From the NCBI GenBank assembly GCA_006227825.1, contig SBFS01000093.1:1-44421 (forward strand): DNA of 44,421 bases. Direction: 5' to 3'. Source of the DNA: Burkholderiales bacterium (GTDB lineage Bacteria; Pseudomonadota; Gammaproteobacteria; Burkholderiales; Burkholderiaceae_C). The notes beneath the pieces are model-generated. The model saw only the letters and a list, made by a program, of their open reading frames with translations, ran no database searches and was not told the DNA's origin. Both the position numbers and the translations under genes were made by a program. This document shows, in pieces, positions 1 through 15,792 of this stretch. Within the stretch, counting starts at the first letter, position 1. Every line of letters starts with the position of its first letter.

Positions 1-43
1 CATCCGCCTTTCTTTTCCAGTCTCCACCCACGAAGGACGCGCC

Positions 44-4774
<4,731 letters not shown>

Positions 4775-4803
4775 GAAGCAACCACCCACGCAGGACCTAC
4801 ATC

Positions 4804-6285
4804 ATGGGAAAAGTCACCGGCTTCATGGAATACGAGCGTGTCGAGGAGGGCTACAAGCCTGTCACCGAACGCCTGAAGCACTACAAGGAGTTCGTTGTCG
4901 GCCTTGACGACGAACAGGCCAGGATCCAGGGTGCCCGCTGCATGGATTGCGGAACGCCGTTCTGCAACAGCGGTTGCCCGGTCAACAACATCATCCCGGA
5001 CTTCAACGACCTGGTCTACCAGGGCGACTGGAAGAACGCGATCACGGTGCTGCACAGCACCAACAACTTCCCGGAGTTCACCGGCCGGATCTGCCCCGCG
5101 CCCTGCGAGGCCGCCTGCACCCTCAACATCAACAACGACCCGGTGGGCATCAAGTCCATCGAGCACGCCATCATCGACCGGGCCTGGGCCGAGGGGTGGG
5201 TCCTGCCGCAGCCCCCCCGCCACAAGACCGGCAAGAAGGTGGCTGTGGTCGGATCCGGACCGGCCGGCCTGGCTGCCGCGCAGCAACTGGCGCGCGCTGG
5301 CCACGATGTGACCGTGTTCGAGAAGAACAGCCGCATCGGCGGCCTGCTGCGCTACGGCATTCCCGACTTCAAGATGGAGAAGTCGCACATCGACCGGCGC
5401 ATCCAGCAGATGGAGGCCGAAGGCGTCGTCTTCCGCACCGGCACCCTCATCGGCGCCATGCCGCAAGGGTCCAAGGTGACCAACGACGCCAGGACCGTGA
5501 TCGGCGCCGAGGAGCTCAAGGCCCAGTTCGATGCCGTGCTGCTGTGCGGCGGCTCGGAGCAGAGCCGGGACCTGCCCGTGCCCGGTCGTGAGCTCGACGG
5601 GGTCCATTTCGCGATGGAGTTCCTGCCGATGCAGAACAAGGTCAATGCCGGCGACAAGCTCAAGGGCCAGATCCGTGCCGATGGCAAGCATGTCATCGTC
5701 ATCGGCGGTGGCGACACCGGCTCCGACTGCGTCGGCACCAGCACCCGCCATGGTGCACTGAGCGTGACGCAGTTCGAGCTGATGCCGCAGCCGCCCGAAG
5801 AGGAGAACAAGCCCCTGGTCTGGCCCTACTGGCCGCTGAAGCTGCGGACCAGCTCCAGCCACGAAGAGAGTGCCGAGAAGGGGCTGCTCAAGCGCGAGTT
5901 CGCCATCTCCACCAAGGAGTTCGTCGGCAAGAACGGCAAGGTCACCGGGCTCAGGACGGTGCATGTCGAATTCAGGGATGGCAAGTTCGTCGAAGTCCCG
6001 GGCACCGAGAAGGAGTACCCGGCCGATCTGGTCCTGCTGGCCATGGGCTTCGTCAATCCGGTTGCCACGGTGCTTGACGTCTTCGGTGTCGAGAAGGACG
6101 CGCGGGGCAACGCCAGGGCTTCCACCGATTTCACCGGCGGCTATGCCACCAGCGTGGACAAGGTGTTCGCGGCCGGTGACATGCGCCGGGGCCAGTCGCT
6201 GGTGGTCTGGGCCATCCGCGAGGGGCGCCAGGCGGCCCGCGCGGTCGACGAATACCTGATGGGTTCCACCGACCTGCCGCGCTGA
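4804..6285 (+). CDS. gltD: Glutamate synthase small subunit
   Basis: Start [10 protein letters not shown] after a CAGGA SD; [10 protein letters not shown] and [12 protein letters not shown] Fe-S motifs, GSGPAG and GGGDTG dinucleotide motifs; follows gltB. Confidence 0.97.
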   Translation: MGKVTGFMEYERVEEGYKPVTERLKHYKEFVVGLDDEQARIQGARCMDCGTPFCNSGCPVNNIIPDFNDLVYQGDWKNAITVLHSTNNFPEFTGRICPAPCEAACTLNINNDPVGIKSIEHAIIDRAWAEGWVLPQPPRHKTGKKVAVVGSGPAGLAAAQQLARAGHDVTVFEKNSRIGGLLRYGIPDFKMEKSHIDRRIQQMEAEGVVFRTGTLIGAMPQGSKVTNDARTVIGAEELKAQFDAVLLCGGSEQSRDLPVPGRELDGVHFAMEFLPMQNKVNAGDKLKGQIRADGKHVIVIGGGDTGSDCVGTSTRHGALSVTQFELMPQPPEEENKPLVWPYWPLKLRTSSSHEESAEKGLLKREFAISTKEFVGKNGKVTGLRTVHVEFRDGKFVEVPGTEKEYPADLVLLAMGFVNPVATVLDVFGVEKDARGNARASTDFTGGYATSVDKVFAAGDMRRGQSLVVWAIREGRQAARAVDEYLMGSTDLPR

Positions 6286-6314
6286 GGCGCGCGGACCGGC
6301 CGTCCGGGCGCGCC
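6286..6314 (+). terminator. GC-rich hairpin after gltD (possible terminator or stability element)
   Basis: GGCGCGC-GGAC...GTCC-gg-GCGCGCC inverted repeat directly after the stop; no U-tract. Confidence 0.3.
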
Positions 6315-6350
6315 CGTTCCCCCGGCGCAAAGGGGGGCCGGACCCCGGGG

Positions 6351-6372
6351 GCATGGCCGGCCATGCGACAAT
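6351..6372 (+). promoter_or_regulatory. Putative mla promoter: 16-bp palindrome abutting an extended -10
   Basis: GCATGGCCGGCCATGC (6351-6366) followed by GACAAT (6367-6372) with TGn upstream. Confidence 0.4.
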
Positions 6373-6425
6373 CCGGGACTGCCCGCCCAGCGGATGCCGG
6401 CATGCCGACGGTGTCCCCGGAGCCT

Positions 6426-7241
6426 ATGAGCGACCGTCCCTTCATCGAAATCGACCATGTGACCTTCGGCTACGACAGCCGGAGAACCATCCTCAGCGAC
6501 ATCTCGTTGCGCTTTGCGCGCGGCAAGGTGACCGCGGTGCTGGGCGGTTCCGGCTGTGGCAAGACGACATTGCTGCGGCTGATCGGTGGCGTGCACGCCC
6601 CCGGCAGTGGCCGTGTGGTGTTCGACGGCGAGGAAATCGACACGCGCAACAAGCAGCAACTGTTCCGCCTTCGCCGCCGGCTGGGCATGCTGTTCCAGTT
6701 CGGTGCCCTGTTCACCGACCTGACGGTGTTCGACAATGTCGCGTTTCCGCTGCGGGAGATGACCGACCTGCCCGAAACGCTGATTCGCGACATCGTTCTG
6801 ATGAAGCTGCATGCGGTCGGCCTCCGTGGGGCGGCCGGCATGCGCATCAGCGAGGTGTCCGGCGGCATGGCCCGGCGGATCGCGCTGGCCCGCGCCATCG
6901 CGCTCGATCCGGAACTGATCATGTACGACGAGCCCTTCGCGGGCCTGGACCTGGTCTCGATGGGCGTGACCGCCAAGCTGATCCGCACGCTCACCGATGT
7001 CACCGGCGCCACCACGCTGCTGATCTCCCACGACGTGCCCCAGTGCATGGCGATCAGCGACTGGGTGGTGCTGATGGCGGCCGGCGGGCGCGTGGTCGCC
7101 CAGGGCACGCCCGGACAGCTGATGTCGAGCCAGGACCCCGAGGTGCGCCAGTTCGTGCGCGGCGAGCCGGATGGCCCGATCCGGTTCCATTACCCGGCGC
7201 CCGAGGTGAGCGAGGATTTCGGACCCGGGAGGCACGCATGA
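6426..7241 (+). CDS. mlaF: Mla/Ttg2 ABC transporter ATP-binding subunit
   Basis: Walker [24 protein letters not shown] signature, [10 protein letters not shown]-terminal [13 protein letters not shown]; start chosen at MSDRPF. Confidence 0.93.
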   Translation: MSDRPFIEIDHVTFGYDSRRTILSDISLRFARGKVTAVLGGSGCGKTTLLRLIGGVHAPGSGRVVFDGEEIDTRNKQQLFRLRRRLGMLFQFGALFTDLTVFDNVAFPLREMTDLPETLIRDIVLMKLHAVGLRGAAGMRISEVSGGMARRIALARAIALDPELIMYDEPFAGLDLVSMGVTAKLIRTLTDVTGATTLLISHDVPQCMAISDWVVLMAAGGRVVAQGTPGQLMSSQDPEVRQFVRGEPDGPIRFHYPAPEVSEDFGPGRHA

Positions 7242-8017
7242 GGCTGCTGCAATGGCTGGGCTCCCGCTTCCTCGATTCGCTGTCCCGCTGGGGCCACGGC
7301 GCGATCTTCTTCATGGATCTGCTCAGGGCCACGCCGGCGGCATTCCGCCGCTTCAGCCTGGTGGTGGTGCAGATCCACGCCATCGGCAACCGCTCGCTGG
7401 TCATCATCCTGGCTTCGGGCCTCGCTGTCGGCTTCGTGCTGGCCTTGCAGATGTACTACGCCCTCTCGACCTACGGTGCCGCCGAGTCCCTGGGCCTGAT
7501 CGTCAACCTGGCCCTGGTCCGCGAACTGGGGCCGGTTGTCACGGCGCTGCTGTTTGCGGGGCGCGCCGGAACATCGCTGACCGCCGAGATCGGCCTGATG
7601 AAGGCGGGCGAGCAGATCGCGGCCATGGAGCTGATGGCCATCGACCCGCGACAGCGGGTGCTGGCACCGCGTTTCCTGGCGGGCTGCCTGTCGATGCCCC
7701 TGCTGGCCGCCCTGTTCTCGGCCATCGGCATCCTGGGCGCCTGGGTGGTGGCCGTCGGCCTGATCGGCATCGACGCCGGCAATTTCTGGTCCATCCAGCA
7801 AAGCGGTGTCGATGTCTGGCGGGATGTCGGCAATGGCGTGATCAAGAGCATCGTGTTCGGTGTCATCTGCACGGCGGTCGCGCTCTACCAGGGCTACGAG
7901 ACCGAGGCCACGCCCGAGGGCGTGGCCTACGCCACCACCCGAACGGTGGTGACCGCATCGCTGGGCGTGCTGGCCATGGACTTCATCCTGACGGCCCTCA
8001 TGTTTTCGACGCCCTGA
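7238..8017 (+). CDS. mlaE: Mla ABC transporter permease
   Basis: ATGA overlap with mlaF; [40 protein letters not shown] motifs. Confidence 0.95.
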   Translation: MRLLQWLGSRFLDSLSRWGHGAIFFMDLLRATPAAFRRFSLVVVQIHAIGNRSLVIILASGLAVGFVLALQMYYALSTYGAAESLGLIVNLALVRELGPVVTALLFAGRAGTSLTAEIGLMKAGEQIAAMELMAIDPRQRVLAPRFLAGCLSMPLLAALFSAIGILGAWVVAVGLIGIDAGNFWSIQQSGVDVWRDVGNGVIKSIVFGVICTAVALYQGYETEATPEGVAYATTRTVVTASLGVLAMDFILTALMFSTP

Positions 8018-8029
8018 CAGGGAGTTCCC

Positions 8030-8500
8030 ATGAACAAGAGAAACCTTGAAATCCTCGTCGGTCTGTTCGTGTTGCTCGGAGCGGCAGCGTTGCTGTTCCT
8101 GGCGCTCAAGGCGGCCAACCTGACCAGCTTCGGCACCGGTGGAGACACCTACACCGTGCAGGCGCGCTTCGACAACATCGGTGGCCTGAAGGCGCGCGCT
8201 CCGGTTCGATCGGCCGGCGTGGCCGTTGGCCGCGTGACCCGGATCACCCTCGATTCCGAGACCTTCCAGGGTCTGGTGACCATGGAAATCGACAATGGCG
8301 TGCGCTTCCCGCGCGATTCGACAGCCAAGATACTCACGGCGGGCCTGCTGGGCGACCAGTACATCGGCATCGACCCCGGAGGTGACGAGCAGAACCTCGG
8401 CGCAGGCGATACCCTCGGTCGAACCCAGTCGGCGGTGGTGCTGGAAAACCTCATTGGCCAGTTCCTGTTCAACCGCGCTGCGGAAGGTTCCGGGGACTGA
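8030..8500 (+). CDS. mlaD: MCE-domain lipid asymmetry protein
   Basis: N-terminal TM, FDNIGGLKARAPVRSAGV, ILTAGLLGDQYI, TQSAVVLENLIGQFL. Confidence 0.95.
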   Translation: MNKRNLEILVGLFVLLGAAALLFLALKAANLTSFGTGGDTYTVQARFDNIGGLKARAPVRSAGVAVGRVTRITLDSETFQGLVTMEIDNGVRFPRDSTAKILTAGLLGDQYIGIDPGGDEQNLGAGDTLGRTQSAVVLENLIGQFLFNRAAEGSGD

Positions 8501-8515
8501 TGTCGCTGCCGCGAT

Positions 8516-8570
8516 GCCGCAACTGCCCGTTGCGGCCGGGCCGTTTCCCACAGTCTGGTGACTTTTTTTT
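8516..8570 (+). terminator. Hairpin and T8 tract between mlaD and mlaA
   Basis: GCCGCAAC-tgccc-GTTGCGGC (8516-8536); short AGTC-tggt-GACT stem followed by T8 (8563-8570). Confidence 0.4.
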
Positions 8571-8687
8571 CGAACGGATACAGAAGATCTCCAACAGAGG
8601 GCTTGTACGAGCGATGATCCGTCCTGCGTGACGGGCGGTTCGGCCCGTCTGCCCGTCCAGCCCCCGACGATTTCCTCTGGCGCCTCC

Positions 8688-9479
8688 ATGAACAAGCCCA
8701 TGTCCTCCAGTGTTGAAGTGCCTGCCGGTGCTGCGGCGGGCCGGCGCCTGCGTCCGCTGCGCCTGCTGGTGCTCCCCCTGGTCCTGTCCGTGCTGGCCGG
8801 TTGTGCCACCGGCCCGACGGCGCACCCCGACGACCCGCTGGAGCCCCTGAACCGCAACATCTACCAGTTCAACGAGGCGGTCGATGCCGTGGTGCTCAAG
8901 CCGGTCGCCACGCTGTACGTGCGGGCGGCACCGGATCCGGTGCGAACGGGCGTCAGCAACTTCTTCAACAACCTGAGCGATTTCTGGTCCTTCGTCAACG
9001 CCACGCTGCAGCTGCGTCCCCGCGAGGCTGCCGAGAACTTCCTGCGGTTCAATGTCAATACCGTGCTCGGGCTGGGCGGCGTGCTGGACATCGCGTCGGA
9101 CATGGGCATCGAGCGGACCCGGCTGGACTTCGGCCAGACGCTCGGGCGCTGGGGTGTCCCTGCCGGCCCCTATCTGGTGCTGCCCTTGCTGGGTCCCTCG
9201 TCGGTCCGGGATGCCGCAGGCCGCAGCGTCGAGACGCGGGGCGATCTCGTGATGGAAGTCGACCACGTTTCCACCCGCAACAGCCTGTACGGCCTGCGGC
9301 TGGTCGACACGCGCGCCAACCTGCTGCGTGCCACCGCCATGCTGGAGGGGGCGGCACTGGACAAGTACAGCTTCACACGGGACTTCTACCTGCAGCGGCG
9401 CCAGAACCAGATCGATGACATCATCGACCGGGGCTGGGGCATCGGAAACGGTGACCGGACGTCAGGTGACCAAGACTGA
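8688..9479 (+). CDS. mlaA: VacJ/MlaA outer-membrane lipoprotein
   Basis: Lipobox LAGC, DPLEPLNR, DFGQTLGRWGV, GPYLVLPLLGPS; start uncertain (8688 or 8700). Confidence 0.92.
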   Translation: MNKPMSSSVEVPAGAAAGRRLRPLRLLVLPLVLSVLAGCATGPTAHPDDPLEPLNRNIYQFNEAVDAVVLKPVATLYVRAAPDPVRTGVSNFFNNLSDFWSFVNATLQLRPREAAENFLRFNVNTVLGLGGVLDIASDMGIERTRLDFGQTLGRWGVPAGPYLVLPLLGPSSVRDAAGRSVETRGDLVMEVDHVSTRNSLYGLRLVDTRANLLRATAMLEGAALDKYSFTRDFYLQRRQNQIDDIIDRGWGIGNGDRTSGDQD

Positions 9480-9483
9480 TCCG

Positions 9484-9513
9484 GGAACCTCGTTGCCTCC
9501 GTTCGAATCCCAA
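9484..9513 (+). promoter_or_regulatory. Possible ECF/RpoE-type promoter upstream of mlaC
   Basis: GGAACCT-N17-TCCCAA resembles the GGAACTT-N16-TCAAA RpoE consensus. Confidence 0.3.
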
Positions 9514-9561
9514 ACCTCATGAAAACGCAAGCGAAGGCCGCTTGATCTCGAAAGGCGACAC

Positions 9562-10188
9562 ATGTTGAAACGACGTGACTGGATCGGTGCGGTGATGCTG
9601 GTCGGGACGCTGTGGCTGGCGGGTCCCGCACGGGCGCAGGTCGAGGCGCCGGATGCCCTGGTCAAACGCATCTCCACCGAAGCCCTCGAAGCGGTGAAGG
9701 CGGACCCGGCCATCCAGGCGGGAGACCTGAACCGCATCATGGCGCTGGTCGACAGCAAGATCATGCCGAACGTGAACTTCGCCCGCATGACCTCCTCCGC
9801 GGTGGGTCGATTCTGGCGTCAGGCCACACCCGAGCAGAAGGAGAAGCTCCAGGCGGAGTTCAAGACGCTGCTTGTGCGCACCTACTCCGGCGCGCTCGGC
9901 GAGGTCAAGGACCAGACCCTGTCCTTCCGTCCGATGCGGGCCCGCGCCGAGGACACCGAAGTGGTGGTGCGCTCCGAGGTCCGGGGACGGGGCGATCCGA
10001 TCCAGCTGGACTACCGCCTCGAGAAGACGGCGGACGGCTGGAAGATCTACGACATCAATGTGCTGGGTCTCTGGCTGGTGGATACCTACCGCACCCAGTT
10101 TGCGCAGGAAATCAATGCCAACGGCATCGATGGCCTGATCGCCACGCTGGCCGAGCGCAACAAGTCGGCTGCATCGCGCGCGAGCTGA
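9562..10188 (+). CDS. mlaC: Periplasmic phospholipid shuttle MlaC/Ttg2D
   Basis: Signal peptide (ARA-Q), FKTLLVRTYSGAL, WKIYDINVLG, YRTQF, GIDGLI. Confidence 0.93.
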   Translation: MLKRRDWIGAVMLVGTLWLAGPARAQVEAPDALVKRISTEALEAVKADPAIQAGDLNRIMALVDSKIMPNVNFARMTSSAVGRFWRQATPEQKEKLQAEFKTLLVRTYSGALGEVKDQTLSFRPMRARAEDTEVVVRSEVRGRGDPIQLDYRLEKTADGWKIYDINVLGLWLVDTYRTQFAQEINANGIDGLIATLAERNKSAASRAS

Positions 10189-10193
10189 AGTTC

Positions 10194-10490
10194 ATGAGCC
10201 AGGACGTTGCGATGACCCCGGCTGTGGTGTCCCTGCCGGCCAGGCTCACCATCGGCACGGCGGCAGCCGAGCTCCAGCGCCTGGTGCCGCAGGTCGCGGC
10301 CCAGGGGCAGGGTCCGGTGGCCCTGGATGGCAGCACCCTCGAGCAGTTCGATTCTTCGGCCATTGCCGTGATGCTGGAGCTGCGCCGGCAGGTGCTGCGG
10401 CATGGCGGGCAACTGAGCGTGACCCGGCTGCCGCCCCGGCTGAGCGACCTGATGGCTCTGTACGGCGTGGGCGAACTCCTGCCGGGATAA
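10194..10490 (+). CDS. mlaB: STAS-domain protein MlaB
   Basis: 98 aa, LEQFDSSAIAVMLE STAS motif, LMALYGV; position after mlaC. Confidence 0.88.
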   Translation: MSQDVAMTPAVVSLPARLTIGTAAAELQRLVPQVAAQGQGPVALDGSTLEQFDSSAIAVMLELRRQVLRHGGQLSVTRLPPRLSDLMALYGVGELLPG

Positions 10491-10493
10491 AAT
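10488..10493 (+). promoter_or_regulatory. Putative -10 box (TAAAAT) for the ABC-2/BolA/murA/his unit
   Basis: TAAAAT overlapping the mlaB TAA stop, about 70 nt before the next ATG. Confidence 0.45.
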
Positions 10494-10563
10494 AGAAGGT
10501 TCCCGCCCGCCTTCGCAGAATCGGATGCCCGGCCCGAGGCGGGTGACCCTCTGGTCCCGCCCG

Positions 10564-11502
10564 ATGTCCGCTGTCTCCTTCCAGAACGTTTCCAAGTCCT
10601 TTGCCACCGCGCGTGGCGAATTGCAGGCCCTGCGGGACGTGAGTTTCGACATCGAGCCGGGCGAGTTCTTCGGCCTGCTCGGCCCCAATGGGGCGGGCAA
10701 GACCACCCTCATCAGCATTCTTGCCGGCCTGGCGCGCGCCAGCAGCGGCCAGGTCCGTGTCCACGGCCACGACGTGCAGACCGACTACGGATCGGCGCGC
10801 CGCTTGCTGGGCGTGGTGCCGCAGGAGCTGGTGTTCGACCCGTTCTTCACCGTCCGGGAGGCGCTGCGCTTCCAGTCGGGCTACTTCGGCATCCGCGACA
10901 ACGCGGCCTGGATCGACGAACTGCTGGAAGGCTTGGGGCTGTCCGACAAGGCCGGCGCGAACATGCGCCAGCTCTCGGGCGGCATGAAGCGCCGGGTGCT
11001 GATCGCGCAGGCGCTGGTCCACCGGCCGCAGGTCATCGTGCTCGACGAGCCCACCGCCGGGGTTGATGTCGAACTGCGCCAGACCCTGTGGCAGTTCGTG
11101 TCGGGACTCAACCGGCGCCTGGGCTGCACCGTGCTGCTGACCACCCATTACCTGGAGGAGGCCGAGGCCCTGTGCGGGCGGATTGCGATGCTCAAGCAGG
11201 GCCGGGTGGTGGCGCTCGAGCGCACCTCCGATCTGCTCGCGCGGTCCTCGTCCAACGTCCTTCGCTTCAAGACCGACCATCCCTTGCCGCAGGACCTGCA
11301 GGCCCAGGCCCGCGTCACGGGCCGGGTGGTGCAGCTGCCGGCACACGATGCGCTCGAGGTCGAGCGCCTGCTGGCGCGGGTGCGCGAATCCGGGGTGCTG
11401 GCGCAGGACATCGAGATCCGCAAGGCCGATCTCGAGGACGTGTTTCTCGATCTCATGGATTCGGGTGCGCCAGAGGCCGGAGACGCGGGGGTGACGGCAT
11501 GA
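10564..11502 (+). CDS. ABC-2 type transporter ATP-binding protein (YadG-like)
   Basis: GPNGAGKTT, LGVVPQE, LSGGMKRR, LDEPTAGVDVELR, LTTHYLEEAE. Confidence 0.9.
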   Translation: MSAVSFQNVSKSFATARGELQALRDVSFDIEPGEFFGLLGPNGAGKTTLISILAGLARASSGQVRVHGHDVQTDYGSARRLLGVVPQELVFDPFFTVREALRFQSGYFGIRDNAAWIDELLEGLGLSDKAGANMRQLSGGMKRRVLIAQALVHRPQVIVLDEPTAGVDVELRQTLWQFVSGLNRRLGCTVLLTTHYLEEAEALCGRIAMLKQGRVVALERTSDLLARSSSNVLRFKTDHPLPQDLQAQARVTGRVVQLPAHDALEVERLLARVRESGVLAQDIEIRKADLEDVFLDLMDSGAPEAGDAGVTA

Positions 11503-12254
11503 GCGGGTGGCAGACCCTTTTCTACAAGGAAGTGCTGCGCTTCTGGAAGGTCGGCTTCCAGACCGTGGCCGCGCCGGTGATCACCGCCATCCTGTACATG
11601 ATGATCTTCGGGCATGTCCTCGAAGACCATGTCAAGGTCTACGAGAGCGTCAGCTACACCGCCTTCCTGCTGCCCGGACTGGTGATGATGAGCGTGTTGC
11701 AGAATGCGTTTGCCAACAGTTCGTCCTCGCTGATCCAGAGCAAGGTGATGGGCAACCTCGTCTTCCTCATGCTCACGCCCCTGTCGCACCGGGCGTGGTT
11801 CTTTGCCTACGTCGCCTCTTCGGTGGTCCGGGGGCTGGCGGTCGGTGCGGGGGTCATCCTGGCCACCTGGTGGTTTGCCCGCCCGCCCTTCGAGGCGCCT
11901 CTTTGGATCGCGGCATTCGCGCTCATGGGCGCGGCACTGCTGGGGGCCCTCGGCCTGATTGCCGGCCTGTGGGCCGAGAAGTTCGACCAGATGGCCGCCT
12001 TCCAGAACTTCATCATCATGCCCATGACCTTCCTCTCGGGCGTGTTCTACTCGATCCATTCCCTGCCCGATTTCTGGCAGCGGGTCAGCCACCTGAATCC
12101 GTTCTTTTACATGATCGACGGTTTCCGCTACGGCTTCTTCGGTGTCAGCGACACCTCGCCCTGGCTGAGCCTGTCCATCGTCGGGCTGGCGCTGGCGGCC
12201 GTCAGCGCCCTGGCCCTGCGCCTGCTCAAGACCGGCTACAAGATCCGCCACTGA
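11499..12254 (+). CDS. ABC-2 type transporter permease (YadH-like)
   Basis: ATGA overlap; KEVLRFWKV, FLSGVFYSI, NPFFYMIDGFRYGF; about 6 hydrophobic segments. Confidence 0.9.
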   Translation: MSGWQTLFYKEVLRFWKVGFQTVAAPVITAILYMMIFGHVLEDHVKVYESVSYTAFLLPGLVMMSVLQNAFANSSSSLIQSKVMGNLVFLMLTPLSHRAWFFAYVASSVVRGLAVGAGVILATWWFARPPFEAPLWIAAFALMGAALLGALGLIAGLWAEKFDQMAAFQNFIIMPMTFLSGVFYSIHSLPDFWQRVSHLNPFFYMIDGFRYGFFGVSDTSPWLSLSIVGLALAAVSALALRLLKTGYKIRH

Positions 12255-12268
12255 CATTCCTTCACGAC

Positions 12269-12508
12269 ATGACCGCTGACCAGATCGAATCCATCATCCG
12301 TGCCGGCCTTCCCTGCGAGCACATCGAAGTGACGGGCGACGGTCGCCACTGGGCCGCCGTGATCGTTTCGCCCGCCTTCGAGGGCGTTCGATCCATCGCG
12401 CGCCACCAGAAGGTGTATGCGACGCTGGGCGCCCGCATCCACAACGACGAAGTGCATGCGCTGTCCATGAAGACCTACACGCCGGCCGAGTGGGCCCGCC
12501 AGGGCTGA
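12269..12508 (+). CDS. BolA/IbaG family protein
   Basis: 79 aa, [27 protein letters not shown]; usual position before murA. Confidence 0.92.
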   Translation: MTADQIESIIRAGLPCEHIEVTGDGRHWAAVIVSPAFEGVRSIARHQKVYATLGARIHNDEVHALSMKTYTPAEWARQG

Positions 12509-12518
12509 GGCGGACGGC

Positions 12519-13787
12519 ATGGACAAGCTGCTGATCAGGGGTGGCCGTCGCCTGCAGGGCGAACTGGAGGTCTCCGGCGCCAAGAATGCGGCCCTGCCCG
12601 AGCTGTGCGCGACGCTGCTGACGCAAGAGCCGGTCATGCTGACCAATGTCCCGCGGCTGCGCGACATCGCCACCATGCGGGCCCTGCTGGACCACATGGG
12701 CGTGCAGACGCGCACCCACGGTGAACGGGGGGGCATGAGTTTCCATGCGGCGGGAGACCTGCTGCCCGAAGCCCCCTACGAACTGGTCAAGACCATGCGC
12801 GCCTCGGTGCTGGTGCTCGGCCCGCTGCTGGCCCGCCTGGGGCATGCGCGGGTTTCGTTGCCCGGCGGATGCGCCATCGGGGCCCGACCGGTCGACCAGC
12901 ACATCAAGGGCCTGCAGGCCATGGGCGCGCAGATCGAGGTGGAGCACGGCTACATGGTGGCCCGCCTGCCGCAGGGGCGCACCCGTCTCAGGGGGGCGCG
13001 CATCGCCACCGACATGGTCACGGTCACCGGTACCGAGAACTTCCTGATGGCGGCCTGCCTGGCCGAGGGCGAGACGGTGCTGGAGAACGCGGCCCAGGAG
13101 CCCGAGATTCCCGACCTGGCCGAGATGCTGATCGCCATGGGTGCGAAGATCGAAGGTCATGGCACCAGCCGCATCCACATCCAGGGTGTCGAGCGGTTGC
13201 ACGGCTGCCAGCACCAGGTGGTGGCCGACCGCATCGAGGCTGGCACCTTCCTGTGTGCCGTGGCTGCAACCGGTGGCGATGTGGTCCTTCGCCACGGACG
13301 GGGGGAGCACCTGGAGGCGGTGATCGACAAGCTGCGCGACGCCGGCGCGGTCATCGAGGCGGGCAACGGATTCCTGCGCGTGCGCAGCGAGGGCCGACTC
13401 AGGGCCCAGAGCTTCCGAACCACCGAGTACCCGGGCTTTCCCACCGACATGCAGGCCCAGTTCATGGCGCTCAACTGCATTTCCGAGGGCACCAGCACCG
13501 TGACCGAAACCATCTTCGAGAACCGCTTCATGCACGTGAGCGAGCTGATGCGCCTGGGGGCCCGTATCCAGATCGATGGCAAGGTGGCGGTGGTCGAAGG
13601 CGTGCGTCGCCTCTCCGGTGCCACCGTCATGGCGACCGATCTGCGGGCATCGGCCAGCCTGGTGATTGCCGGGCTGGTGGCCGAAGGCGAGACGGTCGTG
13701 GACCGCATCTACCATCTGGACCGGGGATACGATCAGATGGAGGCCAAGCTGCGTGCCATCGGTGCCGACATCGAAAGGATCAAATGA
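12519..13787 (+). CDS. murA: UDP-N-acetylglucosamine 1-carboxyvinyltransferase
   Basis: [20 protein letters not shown] (active-site Cys present), [24 protein letters not shown]. Confidence 0.98.
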   Translation: MDKLLIRGGRRLQGELEVSGAKNAALPELCATLLTQEPVMLTNVPRLRDIATMRALLDHMGVQTRTHGERGGMSFHAAGDLLPEAPYELVKTMRASVLVLGPLLARLGHARVSLPGGCAIGARPVDQHIKGLQAMGAQIEVEHGYMVARLPQGRTRLRGARIATDMVTVTGTENFLMAACLAEGETVLENAAQEPEIPDLAEMLIAMGAKIEGHGTSRIHIQGVERLHGCQHQVVADRIEAGTFLCAVAATGGDVVLRHGRGEHLEAVIDKLRDAGAVIEAGNGFLRVRSEGRLRAQSFRTTEYPGFPTDMQAQFMALNCISEGTSTVTETIFENRFMHVSELMRLGARIQIDGKVAVVEGVRRLSGATVMATDLRASASLVIAGLVAEGETVVDRIYHLDRGYDQMEAKLRAIGADIERIK

Positions 13788-14437
13788 TCACCCTCGCGCT
13801 TTCCAAGGGCCGAATTTTCGACGAGACCCTGCCCCTGCTTGCGGCGGCGGGCATCGAGGTTCTTGAAGATCCGGAGAAGTCACGCAAGCTCATCCTGCCC
13901 ACCAACCGGTCCGATGTCCGGGTGGTCCTGGTGCGGGCGACCGACGTGCCGACCTACGTCGAGTACGGCGGCGCCGACCTGGGCGTCACCGGCAAGGACA
14001 CGCTGATCGAGCACGGCGGCCAAGGTCTCTACCAGCCGCTGGACCTGCAGATTGCCAAATGCCGCATGAGCGTGGCGGTACCTGTCGATTTCGACTACGC
14101 ATCGGCGGTCCGCCAGGGCTCGCGCCTGAAGGTGGCGACCAAGTACACCACCATCGCGCGCGAGTTCTTCGCCGGCAAGGGCGTTCACGTCGACCTGATC
14201 AAGCTCTATGGCAGCATGGAGCTCGCCCCGCTGACAGGATTGGCCGATGCCATCGTCGACCTGGTGTCCACCGGCAAGACCCTCAAGGCCAACCAGCTGG
14301 TCGAAGTCGAACGGATCATGGACATCAGTTCGCGCCTGGTGGTCAACCAGGCCGCGCTCAAGCTCAAACGGGCCGCGATCCGCCCCATCATCGACGCCTT
14401 CTCACAGGCCATCTCCCGCAGCGAGCAGCCCGCATGA
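13784..14437 (+). CDS. hisG: ATP phosphoribosyltransferase, short form
   Basis: ATGA overlap with murA; [33 protein letters not shown]; 217 aa, lacks the C-terminal regulatory domain. Confidence 0.96.
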   Translation: MITLALSKGRIFDETLPLLAAAGIEVLEDPEKSRKLILPTNRSDVRVVLVRATDVPTYVEYGGADLGVTGKDTLIEHGGQGLYQPLDLQIAKCRMSVAVPVDFDYASAVRQGSRLKVATKYTTIAREFFAGKGVHVDLIKLYGSMELAPLTGLADAIVDLVSTGKTLKANQLVEVERIMDISSRLVVNQAALKLKRAAIRPIIDAFSQAISRSEQPA

Positions 14438-15792
14438 ACACCTCCGCCGCCGTCCCGACCGCCCGACCGCTGCGCCTGTCCACGGCCGCGCCGGAGTTCG
14501 AGTCCAGTTTCGCGCAGCGGCTGCACTGGTCGGCCGAGACGGACAGCGCCATCGAGCAGCGCGTTGCCGACATCCTGGCCGACGTGCGGCGGCGTGGCGA
14601 TGCCGCTGTGCTCGAGTACACCGCCCGCTTCGACGGCCTGCAGTCCACGGACCTCCGGTCGCTGGAACTGAGCCAGTCCGAGCTGCAGGCCGCCTTCGAC
14701 GGCCTGCCCGGCGCCCAGCGCGATGCGCTCGAGCGCGCGGCCCGGCGCGTGCGCAGCTACCACGAGGCGCAGAAGAAGGCCAGTGGCGAAAGCTGGACCT
14801 ACCGCGACGAGGACGGCACGCTCCTGGGGCAGAAGGTCACGCCGCTGGACCGGGTCGGCATCTATGTCCCGGGCGGCAAGGCGGCCTATCCGTCGTCCGT
14901 CCTGATGAACGCCATCCCGGCCCATGTGGCGGGCGTGGCCGAGATCATCATGGTGGTGCCGACGCCCCGGGGCGAAAAGAACCCGCTGGTGCTGGCTGCC
15001 GCGTACGTGGCTGGTGTCACGCGTGCCTTCACCATCGGTGGTGCCCAGGCCGTGGCTGCGCTGGCCTATGGAACGGACACGGTTCCCAGGGTGGACAAGA
15101 TCACCGGCCCGGGCAATGCCTATGTGGCCAGCGCCAAGAAGCATGTCTTCGGTACCGTGGGCATCGACATGATCGCCGGACCGAGTGAAATCCTGGTGCT
15201 GGCCGACGGCAGCACGCCGGCGGACTGGGTGGCGATGGACCTGTTCTCCCAGGCCGAACACGACGAACTCGCCCAAAGCATCCTCCTGTGCCCCGATGCA
15301 GCCTACATCGACGCGGTGCAGCGCGAGATCGACCGCCTGTTGCCGGCCATGCCGCGGGCGTCCATCATTGCCAGGAGCCTGAACGACCGGGGTGCACTCA
15401 TCCTCACGCGCGACATGCAGGAGGCCTGCGCCATCAGCAACCGCATCGCTCCCGAGCACCTGGAGGTCTCCAGCAGCGACCCGCACCGCTGGGAGCCGCT
15501 GCTCAGGCACGCCGGCGCCATCTTCCTGGGCGCCTGGACCAGCGAGAGCCTGGGCGACTACTGCGCCGGCCCCAACCACGTGCTGCCCACCAGCGGCACC
15601 GCGCGCTTCTCGTCCCCGCTGGGCGTGTACGACTTCCAGAAGCGCAGCAGCCTGATCGAGGTCAGCCCCGCCGGGGCCCAGCAACTGGGCACCATCGCCG
15701 CCGAGCTGGCCTACGGCGAGGGCCTGCAGGCCCATGCCCGTGCGGCCGAAATGCGCCTGAGCGACGTCCCACCCATGCGAGCCGCGCAATGA
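14434..15792 (+). CDS. hisD: Histidinol dehydrogenase
   Basis: [48 protein letters not shown]. Confidence 0.97.
   Translation: MNTSAAVPTARPLRLSTAAPEFESSFAQRLHWSAETDSAIEQRVADILADVRRRGDAAVLEYTARFDGLQSTDLRSLELSQSELQAAFDGLPGAQRDALERAARRVRSYHEAQKKASGESWTYRDEDGTLLGQKVTPLDRVGIYVPGGKAAYPSSVLMNAIPAHVAGVAEIIMVVPTPRGEKNPLVLAAAYVAGVTRAFTIGGAQAVAALAYGTDTVPRVDKITGPGNAYVASAKKHVFGTVGIDMIAGPSEILVLADGSTPADWVAMDLFSQAEHDELAQSILLCPDAAYIDAVQREIDRLLPAMPRASIIARSLNDRGALILTRDMQEACAISNRIAPEHLEVSSSDPHRWEPLLRHAGAIFLGAWTSESLGDYCAGPNHVLPTSGTARFSSPLGVYDFQKRSSLIEVSPAGAQQLGTIAAELAYGEGLQAHARAAEMRLSDVPPMRAAQ

Noticed and set aside
12855-12890. MurA as a fosfomycin-resistant variant
   Set aside because: Active-site Cys is intact in LPGGCAIG
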